Assembly (NCBI GenBank): GCA_965207735.1
Contig: OZ242296.1
Span: 2,272,001 to 2,336,000 of the forward strand
Direction: 5' to 3'
Length of the DNA: 64,000 nucleotides
From: Candidatus Versatilivorator sp.
GTDB lineage: Bacteria; Acidobacteriota; Terriglobia; Versatilivoradales; Versatilivoraceae
A program made the position numbers and the translations under genes. Positions 30,700 to 39,668 of this stretch are shown in pieces. The notes under the pieces were generated by a model. It had not been told where the DNA came from and did not search any database. It was given only the letters and a program-made list of their open reading frames with translations. The stretch's first letter is position 1. Each line of letters starts with the position of its first letter.

Positions 30700-32913
30700 T
30701 CAGGACAGGTTCAGGGCCCGGGACTGCTCCTCGATGGAGGCGAAGAGTTGCCGCTTCTCGGATTGGCTGGGGGTGTTCCGGTAGGCGTTGAGGACTTCCT
30801 TCATGCCCACCAGCCCCTTGTACAAGCCGGCGTTTTCCAGGGGTGGCGTGAGGTAGGAGATCAGCTCGGCGCTGCTGCGGCGCTTGGCGATGGTCCCTTC
30901 GGAAGGATTATTGACGCTGTAGAGGTAGAGATGGGGCATGGCCCCCAAGAGGCGGTCGGGCCAGCAGCCGGAGGAGAGCCCGACCTGCTTGCCCGGCATG
31001 AACTCGGCCGCGCCGTGGGTGCCCACGTGGATGAGGGCGTCGGCACGATAGACCTTCTGCAGGTAGCAGTAGAGGGCCATGAAGCCGTGGTGGGGGGAGC
31101 CTCCCTGGGCCGTCAGCATCCGCATGGGATCGCCCTCGTAGCCAAAGCCGGGTTGGACACCAATGAAGGCGTTCCCCAGCCGGGCGCCCAGAATCATCAG
31201 ATCCCTGCCGGACGCATTGAGGACTCCCGGGGCCGGACCCCACTCCCGCTCGATCTCACTCACGTGGGGACACAGTTTCCGGTACTCCTCCACCGGCATC
31301 CGATAGGCCACGTTGGCCACCGTCCCCCAGGACTGGGAGTTGCCCTCCAGGACCTGGCGGCGAAGTTCCTCCGGGCCCTGCAACCGCGGAATGGCATATC
31401 CCTCGGCCCGGAGCCGGGTCAGCACCTCCAGCAGGCTGGCGAAGACGTCCAGGTCGGCGGCCGTGCCCAGATTCCCCTTGTTGGGAGGAAAGCAGAAGAT
31501 CACCAAAGCCAGTTTCAGGCTGTGGCGGGGAGCGGTCTGCAGGCGGTTCCAGCCGGCCAGCCTGGCGGCAATGAGCCGGCAGCGCTCCGCCAGCGGTTCG
31601 GGCTGGCGGCTCTTGTGGCGCACGCCTCCATACAAGCGGGACTCGGTGGCTCCGTCCAGCTCGGGGATGGCCACCTGCATGGCGGTCTGCACGGGATTCA
31701 GACCCACGCGGCTCTGCTCCCAGCTCTCGATGGTCTGCAGGTCCAGTGAGACCAGGGAGCGGAAGGGAATGCCGAGCTCTCCGAGAAACTCCACCGAGGC
31801 TTCGGTGTCGTTCATCACCGGCCCCCCCACGAAGCTGAACCCGGTCAGCGAAACGATCTGGCTGACCCGCGGACGCGGACGTCCCTCGCCGTTATCAGGG
31901 GGAGAGGCAGTGACACCGTTTCCCTCCTCCAGGAAGTAGGCGCGGCAGGCCTCCCGGTTGTCCATGAAGGTGGAGATGGCCGCCACCACCGACAGTCCCT
32001 CGGCCTCGATGGCCCCTATCAGCCCGTCGTAGTGCCGCCGGGCTTCCCCCACGATCTGGGGACGCATCAGCAGCAGACCCACGGTGGCCCGGGGATCCAG
32101 ACTGCGCCCGGTGGCCGCCCGGTACCAGTCCCGGTAGGCGCTGAAGCTCTCGAACAGATCGGGCGCCAGCGGGTGGTAGAGCCCGGTGGAGGGCCGCACC
32201 TCGGGCGGGTCGGGCGCCGCCAGGGTGGCGTGGCCCGGCACGTAGTGCTTGACGGCGTGCAGCAACATGGAGCGAATGTTCTTGGGAGTGGGTTGCAGGA
32301 AGTGGCAGTAGAGGATGAGGTAGTTCTTGATGTCCCTCAGTTTTCCGGCGCCGGGAACGAATTTCAGGATTGTGGGCAAGCGCCCGGCGAGCTTGTGGTA
32401 GGCGTTGAAGCTCCCTTTGCCGGAGCGGGAGCCCCTGCCCGAGCGCGAGGCGGCTCGCCGGGACATCAGCTCAGACATCCAGGTTCCCAGGCGGTGAGCC
32501 AGGCTCTGACCCGATCCCGGACGGCCGGCCCGGCGGCCCGAGCGCTTGAGGGTGGACATCAGGCGGCCCAGATCCAGCTTGCCCATGCGGGTCCGGCCCA
32601 TCAGATCGGCCAGGCAATTGAACACGATCACCGCATGGTGGCGATGGCGGAAGCGGTCCAGGGCCTCCAGCAGGCGCCGGCTGTTGTCCGAATCGGTCAG
32701 GTGCATGACCAGCACCAGGTCGGCCCCGGCGAGATCCTCCAGGGCCGCCTCCCACTCGGGATCCGACCAGGCGGCTCCGCCGTTGTGGGCGGCCAGGCGC
32801 AGCTCCAGTCCATGCTCCCGGATCTCGCTTTCGGCCCTCCGCAACGGGGCCAATATGCTGGAGCCCACGTAAAACACCACTACCTGGACCGGATTCGGGA
32901 CTGAATCCTTCAC
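30700..32913 (-). CDS. Class I chelatase H subunit (ChlH/BchH type), N-terminal half
   Basis: FPPNKGNLGTAA, QPGFGYEGDPMRML, PHHGF, HVGTHGAAEFMPGKQ, NNPSEGTIAKRRS, YLTPPLENAGLYKGL; GTG at 32913 with AAGGAG RBS, overlapping the upstream TGA. Confidence 0.9.
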   Translation of the reverse strand: MKDSVPNPVQVVVFYVGSSILAPLRRAESEIREHGLELRLAAHNGGAAWSDPEWEAALEDLAGADLVLVMHLTDSDNSRRLLEALDRFRHRHHAVIVFNCLADLMGRTRMGKLDLGRLMSTLKRSGRRAGRPGSGQSLAHRLGTWMSELMSRRAASRSGRGSRSGKGSFNAYHKLAGRLPTILKFVPGAGKLRDIKNYLILYCHFLQPTPKNIRSMLLHAVKHYVPGHATLAAPDPPEVRPSTGLYHPLAPDLFESFSAYRDWYRAATGRSLDPRATVGLLLMRPQIVGEARRHYDGLIGAIEAEGLSVVAAISTFMDNREACRAYFLEEGNGVTASPPDNGEGRPRPRVSQIVSLTGFSFVGGPVMNDTEASVEFLGELGIPFRSLVSLDLQTIESWEQSRVGLNPVQTAMQVAIPELDGATESRLYGGVRHKSRQPEPLAERCRLIAARLAGWNRLQTAPRHSLKLALVIFCFPPNKGNLGTAADLDVFASLLEVLTRLRAEGYAIPRLQGPEELRRQVLEGNSQSWGTVANVAYRMPVEEYRKLCPHVSEIEREWGPAPGVLNASGRDLMILGARLGNAFIGVQPGFGYEGDPMRMLTAQGGSPHHGFMALYCYLQKVYRADALIHVGTHGAAEFMPGKQVGLSSGCWPDRLLGAMPHLYLYSVNNPSEGTIAKRRSSAELISYLTPPLENAGLYKGLVGMKEVLNAYRNTPSQSEKRQLFASIEEQSRALNLS

Positions 32914-34646
32914 GGAGCGACTCCTTCCAGGGCGTCTTCCAAACCGGCAAACACTTCTCTGAGCCGGCTCAACACCTCGGGCCTGGCCGACCAGAACCCT
33001 CGCCCGGAGGCTTCCAGCAGCCGGCCCACCAGGGTCTGGGCCGAGTGGGGGTTGAGGCTCTGCAAACGCTCGAGCATCTGCGAGTCCAGCACGAAGGTCT
33101 CGGCCACCTCGTCGTAGATCCAGTCCTCGACCGCATCGGCCGTGGCCGACCACCCGAAGGTGTTGGTCAGTTGGTGCTCGATCTCGGCCACGCCGCTGAA
33201 GCCGTGCTTGAGCATGCCCTCGTACCACTTGGGATTGAGGACCTTGGTTCGGCTCTCCAGTTGCAGCGTTTCCTGAAGGGTGCGAACCCTGGAACGGGGG
33301 GTGAGCGAATCGGAGAGGTAGACTTGCGGCCGCTTGCCGGACCGTTCCTCCACGGCCTTGGTCACCCCTCCCAGGTACTCGAAGTAGTGGTCCACATCCG
33401 ATATGCCCACCTCGGTGCTGTCGATGTTCTGATAGCTGGCTTCCACGCGGGAGAGGGCGCTGTCCAGCAGCGCCTGGGCCTCCCGCCCTTCCAGGGGGCG
33501 GCCCCGGGCGTCGCGCCCGTAGGCGAAGCACTTGCGCTTGACGAAGAGGTCTCCCAGCTCCCTGGAATCCTCCCACTGGCTCTGCAGCACCATGAAGTTG
33601 ACGTTGGTGCCGTAGTTTCCGGCCGCATTGGAGAACACGCGGGTGGCCGCTTCCTCGAAGGTGGACCGGCCCTGGGCGATCTGCTGTTGGACGTGCTTGC
33701 GGATGAAGTTTTGGTCCGGAGGCTCCTCCAGGGCCGCCACCCGCTTGACGGCCCGGTCCAGCAGCTCCATGGTGGAGGCGAACAGGTCCCGGAAGATGCC
33801 CGAGACGGTCATGACCACGTCGATTCTGGGCCGCCCCAGCTGCTCCAGGGGAATGGCCTCCACCTCGGTCACCCGGTTGAGTCCATCCCGCACCGGCCGC
33901 ACCCCCAGCAGCCACAGCACCTGGGCCACCGCCTCTCCCTCCTTCTTGATGTTGTCGATACCCCAGAGCACCATGGCGATGGACTCGGGGACCCGGCCGG
34001 TCTCCTGCCGGTGGCGTTCCAGCAGGGCCCGGGTCAGGGGCTCGGCCCGGCCAAGGGCCAAGGGAGTGGGGATGGCATAGGGATTGATGGCATGAGTGTT
34101 CCTGCCGGTCGGCAGAATGGCGGGGTTCTGCAGCAGGTCCCCTCCGGGTCCGGGCGGCAGGTAGTTTCCCCTCAGGCCGGCAACCAACCCCTCCAGCTCC
34201 CGGTTGGACTGCAGGCGCAGGTTCAGCCTGCCCAGGAAGGCCAGGATTTCCAGGGACGCATCCTCAGCCACGCCGGCACGCTGCCGGAGCCAGAGCGCCG
34301 TTTCCCGCTCGGGTTGCGCTCCCGGCGCCAGCAGGCGCCCGATGGTCTCCCGGGTCAGGTCTTCCACCGACTCCCGCTCCCGCATCCGCTCCGCGGAGGC
34401 CTGGCTCTCCTCCAGCAACCGGGCATAGGGCGGCAACCCCAGGCTCGCGGCAATGAGATCGGTCAGGGCCGGAAGGCCGAGCTCCGGCCTGGGGAAGGAG
34501 CCCACCATGGCCAGCAGGTGAACGGTCTCGGCCGCGCCGCCAGGCTTGCCGAAGGTGTGGAGTCCGGTCGGAATGAGGCGCTGTTCGATTTCCAGCACCC
34601 TTTCATAGAGGTCCAGCACCCGGCGGTCGCGTTCTTCGCTGGTCAT
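32910..34646 (-). CDS. Class I chelatase H subunit (ChlH/BchH type), C-terminal half
   Basis: EIEQRLIPTGLH, PGPGGD...LPTGRN, VLWGIDNIK, RPRIDVV..VSGIFRDLF, DVDHYFEYLGG, RTKVLNPKWYEGML, GWSAT. Confidence 0.9.
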   Translation of the reverse strand: MTSEERDRRVLDLYERVLEIEQRLIPTGLHTFGKPGGAAETVHLLAMVGSFPRPELGLPALTDLIAASLGLPPYARLLEESQASAERMRERESVEDLTRETIGRLLAPGAQPERETALWLRQRAGVAEDASLEILAFLGRLNLRLQSNRELEGLVAGLRGNYLPPGPGGDLLQNPAILPTGRNTHAINPYAIPTPLALGRAEPLTRALLERHRQETGRVPESIAMVLWGIDNIKKEGEAVAQVLWLLGVRPVRDGLNRVTEVEAIPLEQLGRPRIDVVMTVSGIFRDLFASTMELLDRAVKRVAALEEPPDQNFIRKHVQQQIAQGRSTFEEAATRVFSNAAGNYGTNVNFMVLQSQWEDSRELGDLFVKRKCFAYGRDARGRPLEGREAQALLDSALSRVEASYQNIDSTEVGISDVDHYFEYLGGVTKAVEERSGKRPQVYLSDSLTPRSRVRTLQETLQLESRTKVLNPKWYEGMLKHGFSGVAEIEHQLTNTFGWSATADAVEDWIYDEVAETFVLDSQMLERLQSLNPHSAQTLVGRLLEASGRGFWSARPEVLSRLREVFAGLEDALEGVAP

Positions 34647-34654
34647 CGATCCCC

Positions 34655-36628
34655 TCAACCGACCGCCCTGCCCCGGACGTCCTCGGCCACCGACTTCACC
34701 GCCTGAAACAGCGCCCCCTGGTCCGTTCGGGGCAGCCGCAGGTAGCGCGCCCCGATCCGGTCGGCCAGGGTCCGGCCCTCTCCCCCGGCCAGAAAAGGGG
34801 GCCGGGTATCCACCACCACCGCGGTCAAGGCCTCCTGACGGATCTCGCCGCCCAGCAGTTGCAGTTCCCGCTGCAGGGCAGCCGCTTTCGAGCCCTGTCC
34901 CAAGGGCGCCGGACGGACCGGACGGTTGGCCCGGCCGTCGGTGAGAATTAGCAGCACCGGTTGGGGAGAGCCGCGTAGCCGAGCAGCGCGCGCCACCTCC
35001 AGGGCCTGCACCAGCCCGGCGGCCAGGGGGGTGGCTCCGCCGGCGGGCAGAGCCTCCACCAGGCGCATGGCCCGCTCGACGCTTCGGGTGGGCGGAAGCA
35101 GCGTTTGGGCACCGTCGCCGCCGAAGCGGACCAGCGCCACCTGGTCCCGAAAGACATAGGCCTGCTGCAAAAGCCGGGCCGTGGCGCCCTTGGCCTGGGC
35201 CATGCGGTTCACGGCCATACTACCACTGGCGTCCACCACGAAGACAAATAGGATCCCGGCCTTGCTCCGAAAACGGTGGAAGCGCAAGTCCGAGGCCCGG
35301 ATGACCATTCCGGCCCCCACCCTGCCGGCCGGTCCGCGCCCGCCTGCGCGGGGACGGTCCCGATCGTCTCCGGGGACCGCGGCCGCCTGCCGCCGGCGCC
35401 AATACTGCCAGGGGGCCGCTGCCCGCAGGGTTGCCGCCACGGCTATGGAACGCCTGCGGTCCGGCTGCAGGCCGGCGCGGAAGGCCCTCCCTGGAGAACC
35501 GGGAAGCCTCTGGGACATGGTCCCTTGCCGGCGGCCGGCGGCCCGGGAAGCCGGGAGCTGGGCGACCATCTCCTCGGGGAACTTTCCGGGAAGGGCGTCC
35601 ACCGGCCTGGGCGGCTCCTGGGCGGGCGGCGAGCGGTCTTCGGTGGGGGCGCCGGGTTCGGGGCCGGGAGCTTCATCGCCCTGCCCTTCCTCCGGCCGGG
35701 CCTGCTCATGCCGGGGGCCGGCGGCGGGCTTCTCATCCACCGGCAGGGCTCGGGGCCACAGGACCAGCCGCGCCGCCATCTCCAGATCCTTCTCCGACAC
35801 CTGGCTGCGTCCGGCCAGGGCCGCGTGGGCCCGGGCCGCCCATATGGCAAACAGGTCCAGCCGATGTCCCTCCAGCCCCAGTCGAGCGGCTTCGCCGACG
35901 AGTCGGCGCAGGTCGCCCTCGGAGATGCCGACCTGGCCCATCCGGCTCCGGGCTTGCAGAATGGATTCGGCAGCGGAGGGGGCCGGGCCGGAGCCGGCGG
36001 GCGCCACAGCGGAGCCGGCGGGCTCCCAACCCGGCCGGCCTTCTTCATAACCCCGCAGCAGCTCGAGCACCCGGCGCCGCTGATCCAGGTCGGGCGTGTA
36101 GGAGCCGTCCACCAGCAGTCCTACCCGGGCCTCAATGATGGCCCCAGGGCGGCCTTCGGCGGGATCGTAGGCTCCCACCAGGGCGAACCTGGCGGGGTGG
36201 GAAGTGCTGACACCCTCCCGTTCGACCCCGACCCGGCCTGAGTCGAGCGACGAGGCGATGGCGCGGAGAGGGGCTTCCGGCAGCAGATTGACGTGATCGA
36301 CCTGAAGAACCCCCCGGTCCGCCTGGGCAAGCAGCCCCTTGCGGTAGCGCCAGCGCGCTCCGGCCGCCTCCGGCTCCGGACTCAAGCCCCCCAGCAGCCG
36401 GTCTTGGCCAACTCCCAAGGGAACCCTCACCAGAGCGGCCTCGCGACCGTCCGGCTTCAGGGCCTCCAGCAGGGAGACGAAGACCTTCACCAGCTTGCGC
36501 TTGCCCGTCCCGGAAGGCAAAGCCATCAGCAGGCCGCCCAGGCGAGGCTCGACTGCCAGCAACAGCAAGGCCCGCTTCGCCAACGGCTGACCCACCACGG
36601 AAGCAAAAAGATCATCGAGAATGGTCAT
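34655..36628 (-). CDS. bchD: Chelatase D subunit (degenerate AAA+ domain, Pro/acidic linker, VWA domain)
   Basis: DRLLGG, GLLAQADRG, VEREGVS, IAVAATLRAAAPWQ, FVVDASGSM (MIDAS), GGATPLAAGL, LTDGRAN. Confidence 0.85.
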   Translation of the reverse strand: MTILDDLFASVVGQPLAKRALLLLAVEPRLGGLLMALPSGTGKRKLVKVFVSLLEALKPDGREAALVRVPLGVGQDRLLGGLSPEPEAAGARWRYRKGLLAQADRGVLQVDHVNLLPEAPLRAIASSLDSGRVGVEREGVSTSHPARFALVGAYDPAEGRPGAIIEARVGLLVDGSYTPDLDQRRRVLELLRGYEEGRPGWEPAGSAVAPAGSGPAPSAAESILQARSRMGQVGISEGDLRRLVGEAARLGLEGHRLDLFAIWAARAHAALAGRSQVSEKDLEMAARLVLWPRALPVDEKPAAGPRHEQARPEEGQGDEAPGPEPGAPTEDRSPPAQEPPRPVDALPGKFPEEMVAQLPASRAAGRRQGTMSQRLPGSPGRAFRAGLQPDRRRSIAVAATLRAAAPWQYWRRRQAAAVPGDDRDRPRAGGRGPAGRVGAGMVIRASDLRFHRFRSKAGILFVFVVDASGSMAVNRMAQAKGATARLLQQAYVFRDQVALVRFGGDGAQTLLPPTRSVERAMRLVEALPAGGATPLAAGLVQALEVARAARLRGSPQPVLLILTDGRANRPVRPAPLGQGSKAAALQRELQLLGGEIRQEALTAVVVDTRPPFLAGGEGRTLADRIGARYLRLPRTDQGALFQAVKSVAEDVRGRAVG

Positions 36629-36642
36629 GGAAATCCGGAACA

Positions 36643-36783
36643 GAGTTATCCACGAAGAGGAACGAAGGATTGTAGATTGTAGATTGTAGATTGTAGATTG
36701 TGGATTGTAGATTGTGGATTGTGGATCTAAGGCGGAATCAGTTGCCGTCAATCCTCAATCAACAATCAGAAATCAACAATCAA
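36643..36783. repeat. Heptamer satellite (GATTGTR)x8 facing inverted (AATCAAC)n
   Basis: Eight copies at 36668-36723; related elements at 38066 and 55031-55125. Confidence 0.85.
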
Positions 36784-36797
36784 GAGGCGAAACCTCG

Positions 36798-37915
36798 TTA
36801 GCCGCCGGCGGCCTGGGCATCGCCGGTCTCCAGGGGGAACACCCTCTCCAGGGCCTGCTCGATCCGGGCGGCGGATTCGAGCGGCTCCAGGGGATCCTTG
36901 CGAAGCCGGTGGCGCAGCGACATGACGGCCACCCGCCGGATGTCCTCGGGCAGGACGGCCTCCCCTCCCCGCCAGGCAGCCAGGGCGCGGGAGGCGCGAT
37001 AGAGGGTCAGCTCACCCCGGTGGCCGGCCACCTCCAGCCTCAAACAGAGCTCGGCCATCCCCCTCAGCAGCTCCGCATCCACGCCGACCCGGGAGATGAG
37101 GGACAGGGCCGCCTTCAGCTTGCGCCGCAGCTCCTCCTGGAGGAGTTCCGCCCGGGAGCAGAATCCGGCCGGATCCTGTTCGAAGCTCTGGCGCCTGCGC
37201 ACGATCTCGACCCGCTCGTCCAGGTCATCCAGCGTCTTGACCTCCACGAACAGTCCGAAGCGGTCCAGCAACTGGGGCCGCAACTCCCCTTCCTCGGGAT
37301 TGCCCGATCCCACCAGCACGAAACGGGCGGCGTGGCTCACCGAGATCCCCTCCCGCTCCACCTGGTTGCGGCCGCTGGCGGCCGCGTCCAGCAGAAGGTC
37401 CACCAGGTAATCCTCCAGCAGATTGACCTCGTCGATGTAGAGAAAACCCCGATGGGCCTTGGCCAGCAACCCGGGCTGGAACACCTTGACCCCCCGGTTC
37501 AAGGCCTGCTCGATGTCAAGACTGCCGCAGACCCGGTCTTCGGTGGCCCCAGGGGCAGATCGACCACCGGGGCGGCGAAGGTCTCGCGGGGCAGACGCTT
37601 GCCCTTGCCCTGGCGTTCCCGGCATTCCCGGCAGAGGTCTCGAACCCGCCCCGGATCGCAGTTGAAGGGGCAGCCCTTCACCCGTACCTTGGGAGGCAAA
37701 AGGTCGGCCAGGGCCCTCACTGCCGTGGACTTGGCCGTGCCCCGATGACCCATGACCACCACGCCTCCGAGCTGGGAGTCGAGCACCGCCAGCAGCAGGG
37801 CCAGCTTCATGTCCTCCTGGCCGACGATGGCCGAAAAAGGGTAGACGGGGGGAGCGACTCCCCGAGGCGGCTTGGCTTTCCTGGACTTGGTCGAGCGGGG
37901 TTCAGGCAGGCTCAC
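36798..37915 (-). pseudogene. bchI: Chelatase I subunit (AAA+) with a 1-bp frameshift in a G-run near 37547-37550
   Basis: [18 protein letters not shown] in one frame; [39 protein letters not shown] in the other. One extra G restores LPLGATEDR; likely a homopolymer error. Confidence 0.9.
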
Positions 37916-38065
37916 GTGTCAAGGGGTGTGATCGGGAGTCCGGCTCCAGGCGCTTGCCGGGGGCCGGGACATCCGGGGGAATGTTCAGGCAGTCGGCGAT
38001 TCTACTCGCTGCCTAACCCTAATGGCAGAGGGGCGGACTGTCAAGGATGTGGAGACAACCCACGA

Positions 38066-38242
38066 GGGATTGTAGATTGCTGTCGCCGCCTACGCGGCTC
38101 GGACTCTTACGCTAAGCTTTCCATGGGCTTACGCCCACGGCTACCTGCTGCCGCGGCTTCGCCGCTCTACTGGAACCCGGGCTGGCGCCCGGGGACTCAT
38201 CATTTAGAGCCTTTTGCACAAGGCTCAACAATCAACAATTCA
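38066..38242. repeat. Composite repeat: GATTGTA heptamer, REP family A, GAGCCTT...AAGGCTC palindrome, AATCAAC
   Basis: Matches 13629-13757, 55031-55144 and 58967-58994. Confidence 0.7.
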
Positions 38243-38252
38243 TCGGCGGGGG

Positions 38253-38618
38253 TCAAATCAGGTCGTCGACATCTACCCGCAGAGCAGTGGCCAAGCGCTT
38301 CAAGGCGTTGATTGAGCCGGGCTTTTTCCGGTTCTCTATGGCCGACAGGTAGGAGGCCGCAACTCCGGCGGCAGCGGCGAGTTCAACCCCTCTCAAGCCC
38401 CGATACTCCCGCCAGACGCGCACCGGACTCTCCCCGGCCAGCAGCCGGTCCACCAGCTCGATGGGAACCGATTCCTCGTCAGGATCCTCAAGTACCCGCC
38501 GCATGGCGGCAGCGTCCCGCGCATCCTCGTCAACGGCGTTGCGCAGCTCCTCATATTCGGAAAGGGGAACGACAACATAGGCTTCGCCGGCCAGGGTGAT
38601 GGTTTGGGGTCTGGTCAC
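38253..38618 (-). CDS. XRE-family HTH antitoxin (HigA-like)
   Basis: YVVVPLSEYEEL, PVRVWREYRGL..ELAAAAGVAASYLSAIE; coupled to the upstream toxin gene. Confidence 0.85.
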   Translation of the reverse strand: MTRPQTITLAGEAYVVVPLSEYEELRNAVDEDARDAAAMRRVLEDPDEESVPIELVDRLLAGESPVRVWREYRGLRGVELAAAAGVAASYLSAIENRKKPGSINALKRLATALRVDVDDLI

Positions 38619-38872
38619 GAGCAGGCGCCTCCACGGGGCAAGATATTGGTACTACTCAGGATGCGGGAAGGGATGTCCAATTGGTACAACACTCGCCAAT
38701 CGCCCACCCGCAGCCGAAATCCCTCGATCCCACGCAATGGCGTCACATTGTTGTGCTGCGCCAAGGGATCCGCAGCCACCGCGGTGATCTTGCCGCGGAC
38801 GATCTGCGCCGTCTTGGCGGGCATGCGCGTCAGGCAACGGCGGGCGCTCTTGGAAATCACTACCTCAAACAC
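38615..38872 (-). CDS. RelE/ParE-family type II toxin
   Basis: 85 aa, basic; LRGIEGFRLRVGDWRVLY, PRGGA. Confidence 0.85.
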   Translation of the reverse strand: MFEVVISKSARRCLTRMPAKTAQIVRGKITAVAADPLAQHNNVTPLRGIEGFRLRVGDWRVLYQLDIPSRILSSTNILPRGGACS

Positions 38873-38971
38873 GATTCAAGTATATCCCAAGGAGAACTAT
38901 CTGTAACCTATTAATTCTCTAATAGAGATAAGTCAAGACACGACGAGTGAACCTCGCCGGTCCTGTCTAGC

Positions 38972-39536
38972 CGCCCCCCGCCCTACCGGGCAGATCATAC
39001 GAGTGTGAAACAATCAGAAATCGGCCAATCCCTTTGCGACCTTGGTATCCCGTCGCGGTCAACCTCAACGCCTTAGTGCCCTTCGTCGTCCTTCGTGTGT
39101 CTTCGTGGATTCCTCTTTTTCTATTGTCTTTTTTCGGTTGTTTCAGACAAGCCGGGCCCCCGCCCTGGTGTGCGGATCATACATAGAGTGAAACAATCGG
39201 AAATCGACCAACCCTTCGCGAACATTGGTACCCCGTCGCGACCAACCTCAGCGCCTTAGTGCCCCTTCGTCGTTCTTCGTGCCCCTTGGTGGATAAGTCT
39301 TTTTTCTTTTGTCGTTTGTCGGTTGTTTCAGGCAAGCCGGGCCCCTGCCCTGCCGGGCAGATCATCCGAGGGTGAAACAATCAGAAATCGACAATCCCTT
39401 CGCGACCTTGGTATCCCGTCGCGGCCAACCTCAGCGCCTTAGTGGCCCTTCGTCGTTCTTCGTGCCCCTTCGTGGATAGGTCTTTTGTCTCTTGTCTTTT
39501 GTCGTTTGTCTTTTGTCGTTTGTTTCAGACAAGCCG
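38972..39536. repeat. Tandem array of three ~185-bp units (family C)
   Basis: GATCAT..GAG.GTGAAACAATC recurs near 38993, 39175 and 39360; each unit ends TTGTTTCAG(A/G)CAAGC. Confidence 0.9.
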
Positions 39537-39668
39537 AAAATCGACCAGCGCCAACAAAACACCCTGTCCCGCCCCCCGGATTTGATATTCTCTGCCCGCC
39601 GGCGCGGTTGCCGCCGGCGCGGCTGGAAACCATGGGGGGCAGGTCTGCCAGAAAGAGGAGAATCGCCG

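Noticed and set aside
32914-33915. N-terminal extension of the 1071-aa ORF 30700-33915
   Set aside because: It is an alternative-frame overlap with the H C-half gene; the real start is GTG 32913 with an RBS
37499-37625. Programmed ribosomal frameshift in the chelatase genes
   Set aside because: The shifts described for chlD occur after the AAA domain. This one lies mid-domain in the I gene at a G-run, and similar deletions at 20043 and 62590 point to sequencing error
30700-37915. Photosynthesis gene cluster or cobalamin operon
   Set aside because: No other bch/chl, reaction-centre or cob/cbi genes were recognised in the window; the rest of the genome is unseen
37916-38065. Cobalamin riboswitch upstream of the chelatase
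   Set aside because: I could not find the B12-box or the conserved GCCACTG/GGGAAG elements
38253-38940. Prophage, integron or defence island around the toxin-antitoxin pair
   Set aside because: There is no integrase, attC-like site, phage gene or other defence gene nearby; it looks like a solitary type II TA module
38972-39536. CRISPR array (GTTTCAGAC and GAAAC motifs, regular period)
   Set aside because: The period is ~185 bp, the intervening DNA is conserved or low-complexity rather than unique spacers, and there are no cas genes
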